A stretch of 64,000 nt of DNA from positions 32,976 through 96,975 of the forward strand of contig CAYUXI010000003.1 in assembly GCA_964448855.1 (NCBI GenBank), in the 5' to 3' direction. Position 1 is the first letter of the stretch. The number at the start of each line of letters is the position of its first letter. The notes under the pieces were generated by a model, which did not search any database, was not told where the DNA came from, and worked only from the letters and a program-made list of their open reading frames with translations. Position numbers and translations under genes: made by a program. This DNA comes from an uncultured Oscillospiraceae bacterium. Its GTDB lineage: Bacteria; Bacillota; Clostridia; Oscillospirales; QAMX01. Below, in pieces: positions 50,035 to 60,698 of the stretch.

Positions 50035-52110
50035 ATGGCGTACCCTATCGAAAAAATCCGCAATATCTGTCTCTTAGGTCACGGCGGTGACGGGAAAACA
50101 TCTCTGGCAGAGAGCATTCTTTATGCAAACAAAGTTACAGATCGCCTTGGTAAAACGTCAGACGGTAATACCGTTTCTGACTATGACCCAGAGGAAATCA
50201 AGCGTTCCATCTCCATTCAGACAACGATTTGTCCGGTCGAAACAAACGGACATAAAATCAATGTTCTGGACGCTCCTGGCTTTTTTGACTTTGTCGGTGA
50301 AGTAACGGAAGCAATGCGTGTCTCGGATGCTGGCCTGATTGTCATCGGCGCGAAGAGCGGCGTTTCTGTCGGCGCGCAGAAAGCCTGGCTGAACCTGAAA
50401 CATCAGGAAAAACCCTGCGCAATCTACATTTCCAAGCTGGATGAAGAGCACGCAGATTTCTATAAAACATATGAAGAAGCGAGAAAAATTTTCGGCGTAG
50501 CCGTCGCCCCGATCACCATTCCGATTATGGAAAACGGCACAGCCACCGGTATCGTCAACATCGTGACCGGCAAAGCCTATCAGACGACCAACCATAAGGT
50601 CACGGAGATTCCGGTTCCGGCATCCATGGCCGACCAGATCGAAGAATATCGCCAGGAGCTGGCCGAAGATGTCGCCGAAACAAGCGATGAACTGATGGAA
50701 AAATTCTTTGGTGGCGAAGCCTTCACGGATGAAGAATTCGTCGCAGGGATTCGCGCCGGTGTCGCCTCCCGCGCCGTTTGCCCGGTGTTCTGCGGCTCGG
50801 CCATGACTGGCCTCGGCACAGAAGCGCTGCTGGACGGCATCATCAATTATTTCCCGTCCCCGGCTGACGGCAAGGATGAAATTCAGCTCGTCGATGGCGA
50901 AGAAAAGCCGTTCCAGATTCAGTCGGACGGCGCTACCTGCCTCTTCGTCTTCAAAACCGTCGCTGACCAGTATGGCCGCTTCTCCTTCTTCAAGGTGCTG
51001 TCAGGAAAAGTCACATCCGATATGTCCCTGACCAATACGCATTCCGGAACCGTCGAAAAAATCGGCCGGATCTACATGGTTCGCGGTAAGAAAAACACCG
51101 AGGTTTCCGAAATCGGAACCGGCGATATCGGCGCAGTGGCCAAGCTGGCCGACACCCGTACCGGTGATACCCTTTGCGCTGCTGACCTGAACGTGGTCAT
51201 CAAGGGCATGGAATTCCCGCGTACCTGCTACACCAAGGCGATCATCGCCAAAAACAAAGCGGCAGAAGAAAAAATCGCCACCGGCCTTGCCCGTCTCCGC
51301 GACGAAGACCCGGTGTTTGAGAATGGATTGAACTCCGAAACGCATCAGCAGACCATCTCCGGTATGGGCGATATTCACCTCGACGTGCTCTGCTCCAAGC
51401 TGAAAAATAAATTCGGCGTCGAAGTCGAATTGGCAGCTCCGCGCATTGCATACCGCGAAAAAATCCGCAAAAAGGTCGAAGCGGAAGGCCGTCACAAGAA
51501 ACAGTCCGGCGGTCATGGTCAGTTTGGCCACGTCAAAATTCGCTTTGAGCCGACGGAAGAGCTGGATCTGGTCTTTGCCGAAGAAATCTTCGGCGGCAGC
51601 GTCCCGAAGAACTTCCACCCGGCCGTTGAAAAGGGTCTGCGCGAAAGCATGGCGAAGGGCGTTCTGGCTGGCTACCCGGTCGTCAACCTGAAGGCTGTTC
51701 TGTATGACGGCTCCTATCATGACGTTGACTCGAACGAACTCTCCTTCAAACTGGCAGCCCGCCTCGCCTATAAGAACGGCCTGCCCAATGCGAACCCGGT
51801 CATTCTGGAACCGTACGGCCTGCTGAAGGTCGTGATTCCGGCGGACTATATGGGCGATATCAGCGGCGACCTGAGCAAACGCCGTGGCCGCGTCATCGGC
51901 ATGGAACCGGCAGAAGATAATATGCAGGTCATTGAAGCCGAAGTCCCAATGTCCGAAATGGATTCGTATGCCATTGATCTCCGCTCCATGACACGCGGCT
52001 GGGGCAGCTTCACTCTGGACTTTGTCCGCTATGAAGAAGTTCCGCCGATGGTTCAACAGCAGATTATCGAAGAAGCGAAATCCCGCATGGAAGAAGACGA
52101 CGACGAATAA
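50035..52110 (+). CDS. elongation factor G paralog (EF-G-like GTPase with degenerate G motifs)
   Basis: AAAGGAGAG ribosome-binding site plus ATG 50035. EF-G five-domain colinearity. G1 is GHGGDGKTS, G3 is DAPGFFDF (canonical DTPGHVDF) and G4 is SKLD (canonical NKMD). Confidence 0.8.
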   Translation: MAYPIEKIRNICLLGHGGDGKTSLAESILYANKVTDRLGKTSDGNTVSDYDPEEIKRSISIQTTICPVETNGHKINVLDAPGFFDFVGEVTEAMRVSDAGLIVIGAKSGVSVGAQKAWLNLKHQEKPCAIYISKLDEEHADFYKTYEEARKIFGVAVAPITIPIMENGTATGIVNIVTGKAYQTTNHKVTEIPVPASMADQIEEYRQELAEDVAETSDELMEKFFGGEAFTDEEFVAGIRAGVASRAVCPVFCGSAMTGLGTEALLDGIINYFPSPADGKDEIQLVDGEEKPFQIQSDGATCLFVFKTVADQYGRFSFFKVLSGKVTSDMSLTNTHSGTVEKIGRIYMVRGKKNTEVSEIGTGDIGAVAKLADTRTGDTLCAADLNVVIKGMEFPRTCYTKAIIAKNKAAEEKIATGLARLRDEDPVFENGLNSETHQQTISGMGDIHLDVLCSKLKNKFGVEVELAAPRIAYREKIRKKVEAEGRHKKQSGGHGQFGHVKIRFEPTEELDLVFAEEIFGGSVPKNFHPAVEKGLRESMAKGVLAGYPVVNLKAVLYDGSYHDVDSNELSFKLAARLAYKNGLPNANPVILEPYGLLKVVIPADYMGDISGDLSKRRGRVIGMEPAEDNMQVIEAEVPMSEMDSYAIDLRSMTRGWGSFTLDFVRYEEVPPMVQQQIIEEAKSRMEEDDDE

Positions 52111-52347
52111 AATCAGGGTTCCGTACCCAGACTTTCTTGAACAGACAACCGGCGTGCACGATTGCACGCCGGTTGTCTGACGTTCTCCGAAAATCCAGGA
52201 GAAACGATGATGTTTTTTCGCACTTTCTGCGGAAAGTTCACAGTTGGAAATTGAAATACAAAGCATCCTGTGGTATAATGAATAGAAGCGCTTAAGAACC
52301 TGTGCAAACAGCAGAAGAGCGATCAGTACAGCGAAAAGGTGAATGAT

Positions 52348-52878
52348 ATGGACGAAATTTTTAACGAGAAACTGGTCAAAAAGCTCCCGGATGCGCGAGA
52401 TGCGATCTATAAAGGTCTGATCGGGCTGGCGGCCATCGCGATCATGGCCGTTGCCATCATGTATGCCGGTATCATGTCAATTCTGGTCATTCTGGCCGTT
52501 TTCGTCGGCTATTTCTTTGTGAATAAACAGTTCGAGGTGGAATTCGAATACATCCTCACAAATGACGAGCTCGATGTCGATAAAATCATAGCCCGCGAAC
52601 GCCGGAAAAGCCTGCTCAGCGTCAATATTCGCACCTTTGAGATTCTGGCACCGGTCAATGATGCCTACCGGTCTGAATTCAATGACCCAACCATTGAACG
52701 GCGAATCGACGCATCCAGCAGCCCGAAATCGAATAAACGCTGGTTCGCGGTTTTCCGCGAAGGAGAAAAGAAAACACTTCTGATCTTTGAACCGGGCAAA
52801 AAAATGCGTGAAGGGATGCGCCGCATGATTCCGCGCATCATTCGGGAACCGGGAAAGGGCGAGTCTGCGTGTATTTGA
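52348..52878 (+). CDS. DUF6106-like small membrane protein
   Basis: MDEIFNEKLVKKLPDARD..., a TM hairpin, then EFEYILTNDELDVDKI. The track start at 52339 is a GTG. Confidence 0.5.
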   Translation: MDEIFNEKLVKKLPDARDAIYKGLIGLAAIAIMAVAIMYAGIMSILVILAVFVGYFFVNKQFEVEFEYILTNDELDVDKIIARERRKSLLSVNIRTFEILAPVNDAYRSEFNDPTIERRIDASSSPKSNKRWFAVFREGEKKTLLIFEPGKKMREGMRRMIPRIIREPGKGESACI

Positions 52879-53276
52879 CCGTCGGAACCGATATCGAAGA
52901 AATTGAACGTTTTGAATCTGTGCTGACGAATCGGCGGATGATGAAACGCTGCTTTTCTGAACAGGAACGCACCTATTTTGAGTCGCGTGGGCAAGGTGCT
53001 GCCGAAAGCGCTGCCGCCGCATATTGCGCCAAAGAGGCATTCGGCAAAGCCGTCGGCACCGGGATTACCGTGTCCATGCTTGGCGAACTGGAACTGCTGC
53101 ACGACGCAGCCGGAGCGCCTTACCTCCAATTGCATGGCAAGCTGGCCGAACAATATGCGAATATGAAGCTCTCCGTCTCCGTCTCACACAGCGCCAGCTA
53201 TGCCATTGCAACCGTTCTCGCATACCGCGAAACGCCCGAAGCCGAATCCGAAGGAGATGACGGAGATGCTTGCTGA
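52869..53276 (+). CDS. acpS: holo-ACP synthase (4'-phosphopantetheinyl transferase)
   Basis: VGTDIEEIERF, FSEQERTYF and CAKEAFGKAVGTG are typical of AcpS. About 135 aa. Confidence 0.85.
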   Translation: MYLTVGTDIEEIERFESVLTNRRMMKRCFSEQERTYFESRGQGAAESAAAAYCAKEAFGKAVGTGITVSMLGELELLHDAAGAPYLQLHGKLAEQYANMKLSVSVSHSASYAIATVLAYRETPEAESEGDDGDAC

Positions 53277-54147
53277 ACAGGTTCATACAGAGCTGATTCG
53301 CCGCCTCCTTCCACCTCGCAGACAGGATACGCACAAAGGCCACTATGGCCGCGCCATGCTGATCTGCGGCGCGCTGGGCTATTCGGGCGCAGCTTTTTTC
53401 TCCGCTGAGAGTGCTGTTCGAAGCGGTGCCGGACTGGTTGATCTGACGGTTCCGGCCGCCATTTTCCAAACCGTCGCCGTCAAGCTGAACGAAGCGATGG
53501 TGTATCCACTCCCGGATACACCGGACGGTATGTTTGACGATGGCGCGATTCCTATCCTTCTCAAACGGATGGAATGCGCCGACGCCATTTTGATTGGTTG
53601 CGGTCTGGGACGCAGTGAACCGGTCTCCCGGCTGGTTCAATCGGTTGTTACTCACGCCAAAGTTCCGGTCGTTGTGGATGCAGATGGCATAAATGCGCTG
53701 GCTGCACATAAAAATATCCTGCGGGATGTTCACACACACCTGATCCTGACACCGCATGACGGCGAATTGACCCGTTTTCTGGGCGAAGCGCCGGTTCGAC
53801 CGGGCGAATTCAGAACCGATGCGGCGGCGCGCCTGGCAACAACGCTGGGCGTGACGCTCGTGATGAAGGGCCACGAAACTGTGACCGCTGATGCTTCCGG
53901 CAAAACGCGCATCAACACCACCGGCAACGCCGGAATGGCAAAGGGCGGAAGCGGCGATGTGCTGGCCGGCATGATCACGGCTCTGGCGGCACAGGGGCTT
54001 TGTCCGTTTGATGCTGCGTCTGCCGCTGTCTATCTGCATGGCCTCGCGGGGGATCTGGCACAGCGCTCATCCGGCGAAATCGGCATGACGCCGACGGATA
54101 TGTTGCGGCTGATTCCACAGGCGTTTTATCAGTGCCGAGGTGTTTAG
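53266..54147 (+). CDS. nnrD: ADP-dependent NAD(P)H-hydrate dehydratase (YjeF C-terminal type)
   Basis: THKGHYGRAMLICGALGYSGAAFFSA, LTPHDGE and GNAGMAKGGSGDVLAGMI. The start is chosen by the AAGGAG ribosome-binding site. Confidence 0.8.
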   Translation: MLAEQVHTELIRRLLPPRRQDTHKGHYGRAMLICGALGYSGAAFFSAESAVRSGAGLVDLTVPAAIFQTVAVKLNEAMVYPLPDTPDGMFDDGAIPILLKRMECADAILIGCGLGRSEPVSRLVQSVVTHAKVPVVVDADGINALAAHKNILRDVHTHLILTPHDGELTRFLGEAPVRPGEFRTDAAARLATTLGVTLVMKGHETVTADASGKTRINTTGNAGMAKGGSGDVLAGMITALAAQGLCPFDAASAAVYLHGLAGDLAQRSSGEIGMTPTDMLRLIPQAFYQCRGV

Positions 54148-54170
54148 CCGCTCAAAACGGAGGGGCTCTG

Positions 54171-54764
54171 ATGAAACAAAGACGGTTCCAAATACTTGGC
54201 CTGCTTGTTCTCCTGCTGCTGGCAGCCGGCTGCTCGCAACAGCGGGATGACCGGCTCGAAGCGGCGATTCATGCACGGTACGGCGGGGATGCACTCTTTT
54301 CGTCGGTCATACAAATGCGCCTGAATCAGGGGGATTTTGTCTCTGATTACACGCTTTCCTATGCCGGACAGCCTGAAAACGGCCATATCCTGACCGTTAC
54401 GGCACCGTCGGAGGTGGCTGGTCTGGCTGTTCAGGTGCGCCGCGACAAAACGATTGAAGTTACCTATGACGGTGCAGTCTTTCTGCCAGCCAATCTGGAC
54501 GGCACGACGCTGTCGCCCATCGCGATTCTCTGCGACCTCATCTCCAACTGGCAAACCGGCTACGCGGACTCCGTTCAAACGGAAAAACAGAACGGGCAGA
54601 CTGTTGTCATCTGGACTGCGTTCTCAGACGATACCGGCGAAGAAATGACATACCGCACCGTCTTTCAAAAGGATACGCTCGAACCGCGCCGCGCAGAATG
54701 CTTCCACGCAGGCGTGTGTGTTCTATCGCTCACGTTCAGCGACCAACAATGGATCAAAACATAA
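54171..54764 (+). CDS. hypothetical lipoprotein
   Basis: MKQRRFQILGLLVLLLLAAGC-SQQ lipobox. No family recognised. Confidence 0.55.
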   Translation: MKQRRFQILGLLVLLLLAAGCSQQRDDRLEAAIHARYGGDALFSSVIQMRLNQGDFVSDYTLSYAGQPENGHILTVTAPSEVAGLAVQVRRDKTIEVTYDGAVFLPANLDGTTLSPIAILCDLISNWQTGYADSVQTEKQNGQTVVIWTAFSDDTGEEMTYRTVFQKDTLEPRRAECFHAGVCVLSLTFSDQQWIKT

Positions 54765-54787
54765 CATAACAAAAGGATCTTTATCAT

Positions 54788-55981
54788 ATGTCACAACACA
54801 GCTATTTGAAAAGAACCTGGGCAGAAATCAATCTCAATCACCTTCGCCACAATTTCCAGACCGTCCGCTCGCATATCCCATCAGGCGTCAAGATCATGTC
54901 CGTGGTCAAGGCTGATGCCTATGGCCACGGTGCCGCGGTTGTTGCCCCTGTGCTGGAAGCGCTTGGGAGCGATGCCTTCGCCGTTTCGAATATCGAAGAA
55001 GCGCTCGTTTTGCGCAAAAATAGCGTTCACGCACCCATTCTGGTGCTTGGCTGGGTACCCGCTGCTTGGACGGATATCCTGATTCGTGAAAACATCGAAA
55101 CCTCCGTTTCTTCGCTGGAGGGTGCGCGACATCTGTCGGAGGAGGCGGTTCGCCTTGGCAAGACGGTATCGGTTCACGTCAAAGCGGATACCGGGATGGG
55201 TCGCTTGGGTCTCCGCGCACTCAATGACGCCGATATACAGACCGCAGCCGACGAAATTCAACGGATCAGCCAGCTGCCGAATCTCCGCATTGCCGGCCTG
55301 TTTACGCATTTTTCGACGGCGGATGAGCCGGGCGATACCTACTCGGCCACTCAGTTTGCGCGGTTCATGCAGCTGCGTAGTCGACTGGAAACGCTTGGCG
55401 TCGCCTATGGCCTGTGCCATTGCGCCAACAGCGCGGCAACCATGCTCCACCCGGAGTACGCCTGCGATATGGTTCGTTCCGGTGTCACACTGTACGGCCT
55501 CAGCCCGGACAATGACCCGACCGGCCAGCTGGCACAACAGTGCGCGTTGGAACCGGTCATGACCCTGAAATCCACCATCGTCCAGAAGCGCCGGTTCCAA
55601 GCCGGAGATACGGTCAGTTATGGCGCACATCTCCTGGAAGCGGATACGGATATCGCCGTAATTCCCGTCGGCTATGCGGACGGCTACCCGCGTTTGCTGT
55701 CCGGCAAAGGCTTGGTTGGCGTGGACGGGAAACGCGCAGAAATCGTCGGAAAAGTCTGCATGGATATGACCATGGTTGATGTCAGCGGCTGCTCCGCCGA
55801 AGAGGGCAGGGAAGTGCTCCTGTTCGGCAAAACCGCCGATGATTGGATTCCGGCCGAACAGGTGGCTGCTTTGGCCGGAACCATCGGCTACGAACTCGTC
55901 TGCTGCATCGGTCGCCGTGTGACACGGGTGTATCTGCAAGACGGCAGGGAGGTCTCCGTTGTCCAATTGACCACGCCGTAA
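54788..55981 (+). CDS. alr: alanine racemase
   Basis: VVKADAYGHGA PLP-Lys motif. 397 aa. Confidence 0.9.
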   Translation: MSQHSYLKRTWAEINLNHLRHNFQTVRSHIPSGVKIMSVVKADAYGHGAAVVAPVLEALGSDAFAVSNIEEALVLRKNSVHAPILVLGWVPAAWTDILIRENIETSVSSLEGARHLSEEAVRLGKTVSVHVKADTGMGRLGLRALNDADIQTAADEIQRISQLPNLRIAGLFTHFSTADEPGDTYSATQFARFMQLRSRLETLGVAYGLCHCANSAATMLHPEYACDMVRSGVTLYGLSPDNDPTGQLAQQCALEPVMTLKSTIVQKRRFQAGDTVSYGAHLLEADTDIAVIPVGYADGYPRLLSGKGLVGVDGKRAEIVGKVCMDMTMVDVSGCSAEEGREVLLFGKTADDWIPAEQVAALAGTIGYELVCCIGRRVTRVYLQDGREVSVVQLTTP

Positions 55982-55994
55982 CAACAACAAAAAG

Positions 55995-56037
55995 AACGTC
56001 TGTCAACTGCATGATAACAGCTGACAGACGTTTTTTT
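55995..56037. terminator. rho-independent terminator after alr (between convergent alr and purD)
   Basis: AACGTCTGTCAACTG...CAGCTGACAGACGTT stem (one mismatch) followed by TTTTTTT. Confidence 0.8.
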
Positions 56038-56052
56038 GTTTGCAAATTCGAT

Positions 56053-57312
56053 TTAGCGGCGGCCAATGTCGCGGCGACAGAACATTCCGTCAAAATGAAT
56101 GCGGTCAGCGGCGCGGTAGGCAAGCTCCAACGCCTGCTCCATCGTTTCACCGGTGGCGGTGACGCCGAGGACACGTCCTCCAGCCGTCACAATCCTACCC
56201 GCATCGTCCGCTTTTGTCCCGGCGTGAAAGACAATTGCACCGGTATCCGCTGCATCCTGCAGTCCCGTGATCTCGTGACCGCGGGAATAGGAACCGGGAT
56301 AACCGCCGCTGGCCAGAACAACACAGGCTGTGCAGGCGTCTGCCCACTGAATGTCCAGCGTGTCGAGGCGCTGATCAATAATTGCTTCCATGATATCCAG
56401 CAGGCTGGTTTGCAGAAGCGGCAGAACAGACTGCGTTTCCGGGTCGCCAAACCGAGCGTTGTATTCGATCACCTTGGGGCCGTTCGGCGTCAGCATCAAA
56501 CCAAAATACAGAACGCCGCAGAACGTCCGCCCCTCTGCCTGCATCGCACGGATGGTCGGAACAAAGATGTCGCGCATACATTGCTCTGAAATTTCAGGCG
56601 TGTAGTGCCGGTTGGGGCTCACAGAGCCCATGCCGCCGGTGTTGGGTCCCTGATCGTGATCCAACGCCCGCTTGTGATCCTGCGCAGACACCATCGGACA
56701 GATCGTTTTCCCGTCCGTGAAGCAGAGGACAGATACCTCCGGCCCCGTCAGACATTCTTCAATGACTACGCGATCTCCGGCCGCACCGAATGCATGGCCG
56801 GAAAGCGCACGCTCAACTGCTTCCAGCGCTTCGTCAACAGTCTGCGCAACCGTCACACCTTTGCCCAGCGCCAGACCGTCAGCCTTGACGACGATCGGTG
56901 CGCCGTGCGCCCGGATATAGGCGCAGGCGTCCTGCTGATTGTCAAAAACGGCGTATTCGGCGGTCGGAATGTGGTAGCGGCGCATCAAATCCTTGGCAAA
57001 TGCTTTGCTGCCCTCGATAATGGCTGCGTTGGCACGGGGGCCAAAGGCGCGAATGCCGATGGCTTCCAGACGGTCAACCAGACCGAGTGCCAACGGGTCG
57101 TCCGGTGCGACAACGACGAGATCGGGCTTGTTCTCCGAACAGAATGCGACAATGGCATCCAGATCGGTTGCTTTGATGGGGACGCATTCCGCCAGCTGCG
57201 CGATGCCGCCGTTTCCGGGTGCACACCAGAGCTTTTCCACCCGCGCATCCTTCGCGAGCGCCCAGGCAATGGCGTGCTCACGGCCGCCACCGCCAATGAT
57301 TAATATCTTCAT
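56053..57312 (-). CDS. purD: phosphoribosylamine--glycine ligase
   Basis: MKILIIGGGGREHAIAWAL start with an ATP-grasp core. 419 aa. Confidence 0.9.
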   Translation of the reverse strand: MKILIIGGGGREHAIAWALAKDARVEKLWCAPGNGGIAQLAECVPIKATDLDAIVAFCSENKPDLVVVAPDDPLALGLVDRLEAIGIRAFGPRANAAIIEGSKAFAKDLMRRYHIPTAEYAVFDNQQDACAYIRAHGAPIVVKADGLALGKGVTVAQTVDEALEAVERALSGHAFGAAGDRVVIEECLTGPEVSVLCFTDGKTICPMVSAQDHKRALDHDQGPNTGGMGSVSPNRHYTPEISEQCMRDIFVPTIRAMQAEGRTFCGVLYFGLMLTPNGPKVIEYNARFGDPETQSVLPLLQTSLLDIMEAIIDQRLDTLDIQWADACTACVVLASGGYPGSYSRGHEITGLQDAADTGAIVFHAGTKADDAGRIVTAGGRVLGVTATGETMEQALELAYRAADRIHFDGMFCRRDIGRR

Positions 57313-57327
57313 ACAGTGCTCCTCCGG

Positions 57328-58866
57328 TCAGTGCTTGAAGTGACGCATTCCGGTGAAGACCATCGCGATGTTGTGCTCGTTACATTTCCGAATCGAATCC
57401 TCGTCACGGATGGAGCCACCGGGCTGAATGATGGCGGTAATACCCGCTGCAGCCGCCGCGGTGACGCAATCGTCAAACGGGAAGAACGCATCGGAGGCCA
57501 GAACGGAGCCCTTCGCCTTGTCACCGGCCTGACGGATGGCGATGTCGAGTGCGCCCACGCGGTTGGTCTGTCCGGCACCAATCCCGACAGTCTGATCAGC
57601 CGTTGTCAGGACAATGGCATTGGAACGCGTATGCTTGACAATCTTCCAGCCGAAACGCAGTGCCTGCATCTCCTCTTCCGTCGGTGCGCGGTTGGTCACC
57701 GTGTGCAGCGCTGCTTCGTCCAGCAGCTGATCGTCCAGCGACTGCACCAGCAGCCCACCGGCCACTTTTTTGTAGTCGAGCATCGATGCGGTCAGCGGCT
57801 TGGAAATGTCGTCCAGCGTCAAAAGACGCACATTCGGCTTGGCCGACAGGATTTCCAGCGCTTCTGCGGAGAATGCAGGTGCAATAATCACTTCCAGGAA
57901 AATCTTGGCCATCTGCGATGCAGTTTCTGCATCAATCGGCCGGTTCGATGCGACAATGCCGCCGAAAATGGAAACCGGATCCGCTTCATAGGCGCGTGCA
58001 TACGCCTCGGAAATGGTCGCAGCCGTCCCAACACCACACGGATTGGCGTGCTTCACGGCGACGATGGTCGGTTCGGAGAACTCCTTCAGCAGCGTGAGAG
58101 CGCCGTTTGTATCATTGATGTTGTTAAAGGACAGCTCTTTGCCGTGCAGCTGCTTGGCAGCGGCCAGTGTACCCGCGCTCTGGAGCGGTTCGCGATAGAA
58201 AACAGCGCTCTGGTGCGGGTTCTCGCCATAGCGCAGATCCTGAACCTTCTCGAATGTCGCGGTAAACGTCTCCGGCAGAGTGTCAGTTATCTGACGGCGG
58301 AGATAGGAAGAAATCAGAGCGTCATAGGCAGCAGTGTGCTCAAACACCTTGAGCGCCAGACGATACCGCGCTGCCTTGTCGAGAGAGCCATCCTTCAGAC
58401 CAGCCAAAACAGAGTCGTAGTCGGAGGGGTCAACAATGACCGCGACATCCTGATAGTTCTTGGCCGCAGCACGAATCATCGTCGGACCGCCGATGTCGAT
58501 GTTTTCAATGGCCTCCTCCAGCGTGACATTTTCCTTCTGAATGGTTGCCTTGAAGGGGTAGAGATTGATCGCAATGATATCAATCGGGTCGATTTCCAGT
58601 TTTTCCAGCGTTGCCATGTGCTCGGGGTTGGCACGCATGGCCAGAATTCCGGCGTGAATTCTGGGATGGAGCGTTTTGACGCGGCCATCCAGACATTCGG
58701 GGAAGCCTGTCACATCGGAAACGTTGGTGACGGGAATGCCCGCGTTCTTCAGCGCAGTCGCCGTACCGCCGGTGGAGAGGATTTCATAGCCGAGCGCAGC
58801 CAGCCCTGCGGCAAATTCGCACACGCCGGTCTTGTCGGATACACTGATCAAAGCCTGTTTTTTCAT
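57328..58866 (-). CDS. purH: bifunctional AICAR transformylase / IMP cyclohydrolase
   Basis: [14 protein letters not shown]...GRVKTLHP...IQPGGSIRD. 512 aa. Confidence 0.9.
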   Translation of the reverse strand: MKKQALISVSDKTGVCEFAAGLAALGYEILSTGGTATALKNAGIPVTNVSDVTGFPECLDGRVKTLHPRIHAGILAMRANPEHMATLEKLEIDPIDIIAINLYPFKATIQKENVTLEEAIENIDIGGPTMIRAAAKNYQDVAVIVDPSDYDSVLAGLKDGSLDKAARYRLALKVFEHTAAYDALISSYLRRQITDTLPETFTATFEKVQDLRYGENPHQSAVFYREPLQSAGTLAAAKQLHGKELSFNNINDTNGALTLLKEFSEPTIVAVKHANPCGVGTAATISEAYARAYEADPVSIFGGIVASNRPIDAETASQMAKIFLEVIIAPAFSAEALEILSAKPNVRLLTLDDISKPLTASMLDYKKVAGGLLVQSLDDQLLDEAALHTVTNRAPTEEEMQALRFGWKIVKHTRSNAIVLTTADQTVGIGAGQTNRVGALDIAIRQAGDKAKGSVLASDAFFPFDDCVTAAAAAGITAIIQPGGSIRDEDSIRKCNEHNIAMVFTGMRHFKH

Positions 58867-58944
58867 AAATGCATCTCCTTGTCAATCGATCAATCAAAAA
58901 GAGCGGATGTACCGCACTTTCAGTCGAAACATAAAACGCGAAAC

Positions 58945-59574
58945 CTATCGGATATGGACGATTCGCCCGTCAACGGTCAACCGTCCCTGACAGAACTGCG
59001 TGACAGCATCCGGCAGAATCTGCCACTCACACATTTCCATGACACGCCGCTGCAAAATTTCAGGCGTATCCCCCTCACAGACCGGCGCGGATTTCTGACA
59101 GATAATCGGCCCGCCGTCTGTTTCAGCCGTTACAAAATGCGCGGTCGCCCCTGTCACCTTGACACCGTATGCCAAAACCGCCTCATGTACGCGCAGCCCG
59201 AAATATCCTTCTCCGCAAAAAGCCGGAATCAACGACGGATGGATGTTGATCACGCGATTCTGAAAACATTCACAGAAAGACGGGCTGAGAATGTACAGGA
59301 AACCGCAGAGCACGACGAGATCAATGCCTTCAGCGATCAGTAGGTCGGTCAACGCTGTTGTATACGTCTGGCGGTCAGCATAGTCCTGCGGCACTAAAAC
59401 GTGCGCAGGGATTCCGGCATCCGCAGCACGGGTCAGCGCATAGGCGTTCGGACTGGAGGAAACGCAGAGCGCCAGCGTTCCGCCACCGAGCCCAACCGTT
59501 TGCTGACGGTCAATGAGCGCCTGAAAATTCGTCCCGCCGCCGGAAACAAGCACAGCAATTCGGGTCGGTTTCAT
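58945..59574 (-). CDS. purN: phosphoribosylglycinamide formyltransferase
   Basis: RIAVLVSGGGTNFQALID and INIHPSLIP. Confidence 0.9.
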   Translation of the reverse strand: MKPTRIAVLVSGGGTNFQALIDRQQTVGLGGGTLALCVSSSPNAYALTRAADAGIPAHVLVPQDYADRQTYTTALTDLLIAEGIDLVVLCGFLYILSPSFCECFQNRVINIHPSLIPAFCGEGYFGLRVHEAVLAYGVKVTGATAHFVTAETDGGPIICQKSAPVCEGDTPEILQRRVMEMCEWQILPDAVTQFCQGRLTVDGRIVHIR

Positions 59575-60608
59575 CGGATGGAAACACCTTTCTCGCCGGA
59601 ACGGCAGACGCCCAGAACGGCAGCCGTATAGCCGAGTGAACGGATGGCAGCCAGCGCACGGTCAGCATCCTCCGGTGCCACGATCAGCGCCATGCCGACA
59701 CCCATGTTGAAGGTGTTGTACATTTCACGCCGGTCAATCTGACCGACCTTTGCCAGATAGGAGAAGATCGGCGGCACCGGCAGAGCCGTCGTATCCAGCT
59801 CGGCACAGATGTGCTCCGGAAGCATCCGCGGAATGTTTTCAAAGAAGCCACCGCCGGTGATGTGGGAAGCGCCCTTGATGGAAACGGTTTTCAGCACTTC
59901 CAGAACCGGTCGGACATAGATCCGGGTCGGCGTCAGCAGCTCTTCGCCGAGTGTTCTGCCGAACTCGTCCACATAGGTGAAGATGTTGTCAGCGGAAACG
60001 TTCAGAATTTTCCGCACCAGTGAGAAGCCGTTGGAATGCAGACCGGAGGAGGCCATCCCCAGAATCACGTCGCCGTCCGCTACGGTGGAGCAGTCCGTGA
60101 TTTTGGAACGGTCGGCCAGACCGACGCAGAAACCGGCGAGGTCGTATTCGTTCTCATCGTACAGACCGGGCATTTCGGCCGTTTCGCCGCCGATCAGTGC
60201 GCAGCCGGCATCCAGACACCCATCGGTCACACCCTTGACAATGGCGGCAACTCGCTCCGGGACGTTGCGCCCGACGGCGACATAGTCCAGGAAAAAGAGC
60301 GGACGGGCACCGGAGCAAACGACGTCGTTGACCGACATGGCCACGCAGTCAATCCCGACGGTGTCGTGCTTGTCCGTCAAAAATGCAATCTTCAGCTTGG
60401 TGCCGACACCATCCGTGCCGGAAACAAGCACCGGGTCAGAAATACCGGTCAGATCCGGGGAAAAGAGTCCCCCAAATCCGCCGAGGGAACCGATGACACC
60501 TTTGGTAAAAGTCCGTTCTACGAGAGGCTTCATCTGTCGGACAGCCTCATAACCGGCGGTGATGTCAACGCCGGCCTCCTTATAGCGTTCGCTGTATGAA
60601 TCAGTCAT
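59571..60608 (-). CDS. purM: phosphoribosylformylglycinamidine cyclo-ligase
   Basis: AAAGGAGAA ribosome-binding site plus ATG 60608. YKEAGVDI...SGTDGVGTK...GGETAEMPG. Confidence 0.9.
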   Translation of the reverse strand: MTDSYSERYKEAGVDITAGYEAVRQMKPLVERTFTKGVIGSLGGFGGLFSPDLTGISDPVLVSGTDGVGTKLKIAFLTDKHDTVGIDCVAMSVNDVVCSGARPLFFLDYVAVGRNVPERVAAIVKGVTDGCLDAGCALIGGETAEMPGLYDENEYDLAGFCVGLADRSKITDCSTVADGDVILGMASSGLHSNGFSLVRKILNVSADNIFTYVDEFGRTLGEELLTPTRIYVRPVLEVLKTVSIKGASHITGGGFFENIPRMLPEHICAELDTTALPVPPIFSYLAKVGQIDRREMYNTFNMGVGMALIVAPEDADRALAAIRSLGYTAAVLGVCRSGEKGVSIR

Positions 60609-60698
60609 GGTTGCCGATTCTCCTTTCAAATATGGATGTCCCGGTCGGCAGCACCGCCGGAACGAAATCTGACAGAGGTGAATTCTGAAACGCCGGTC

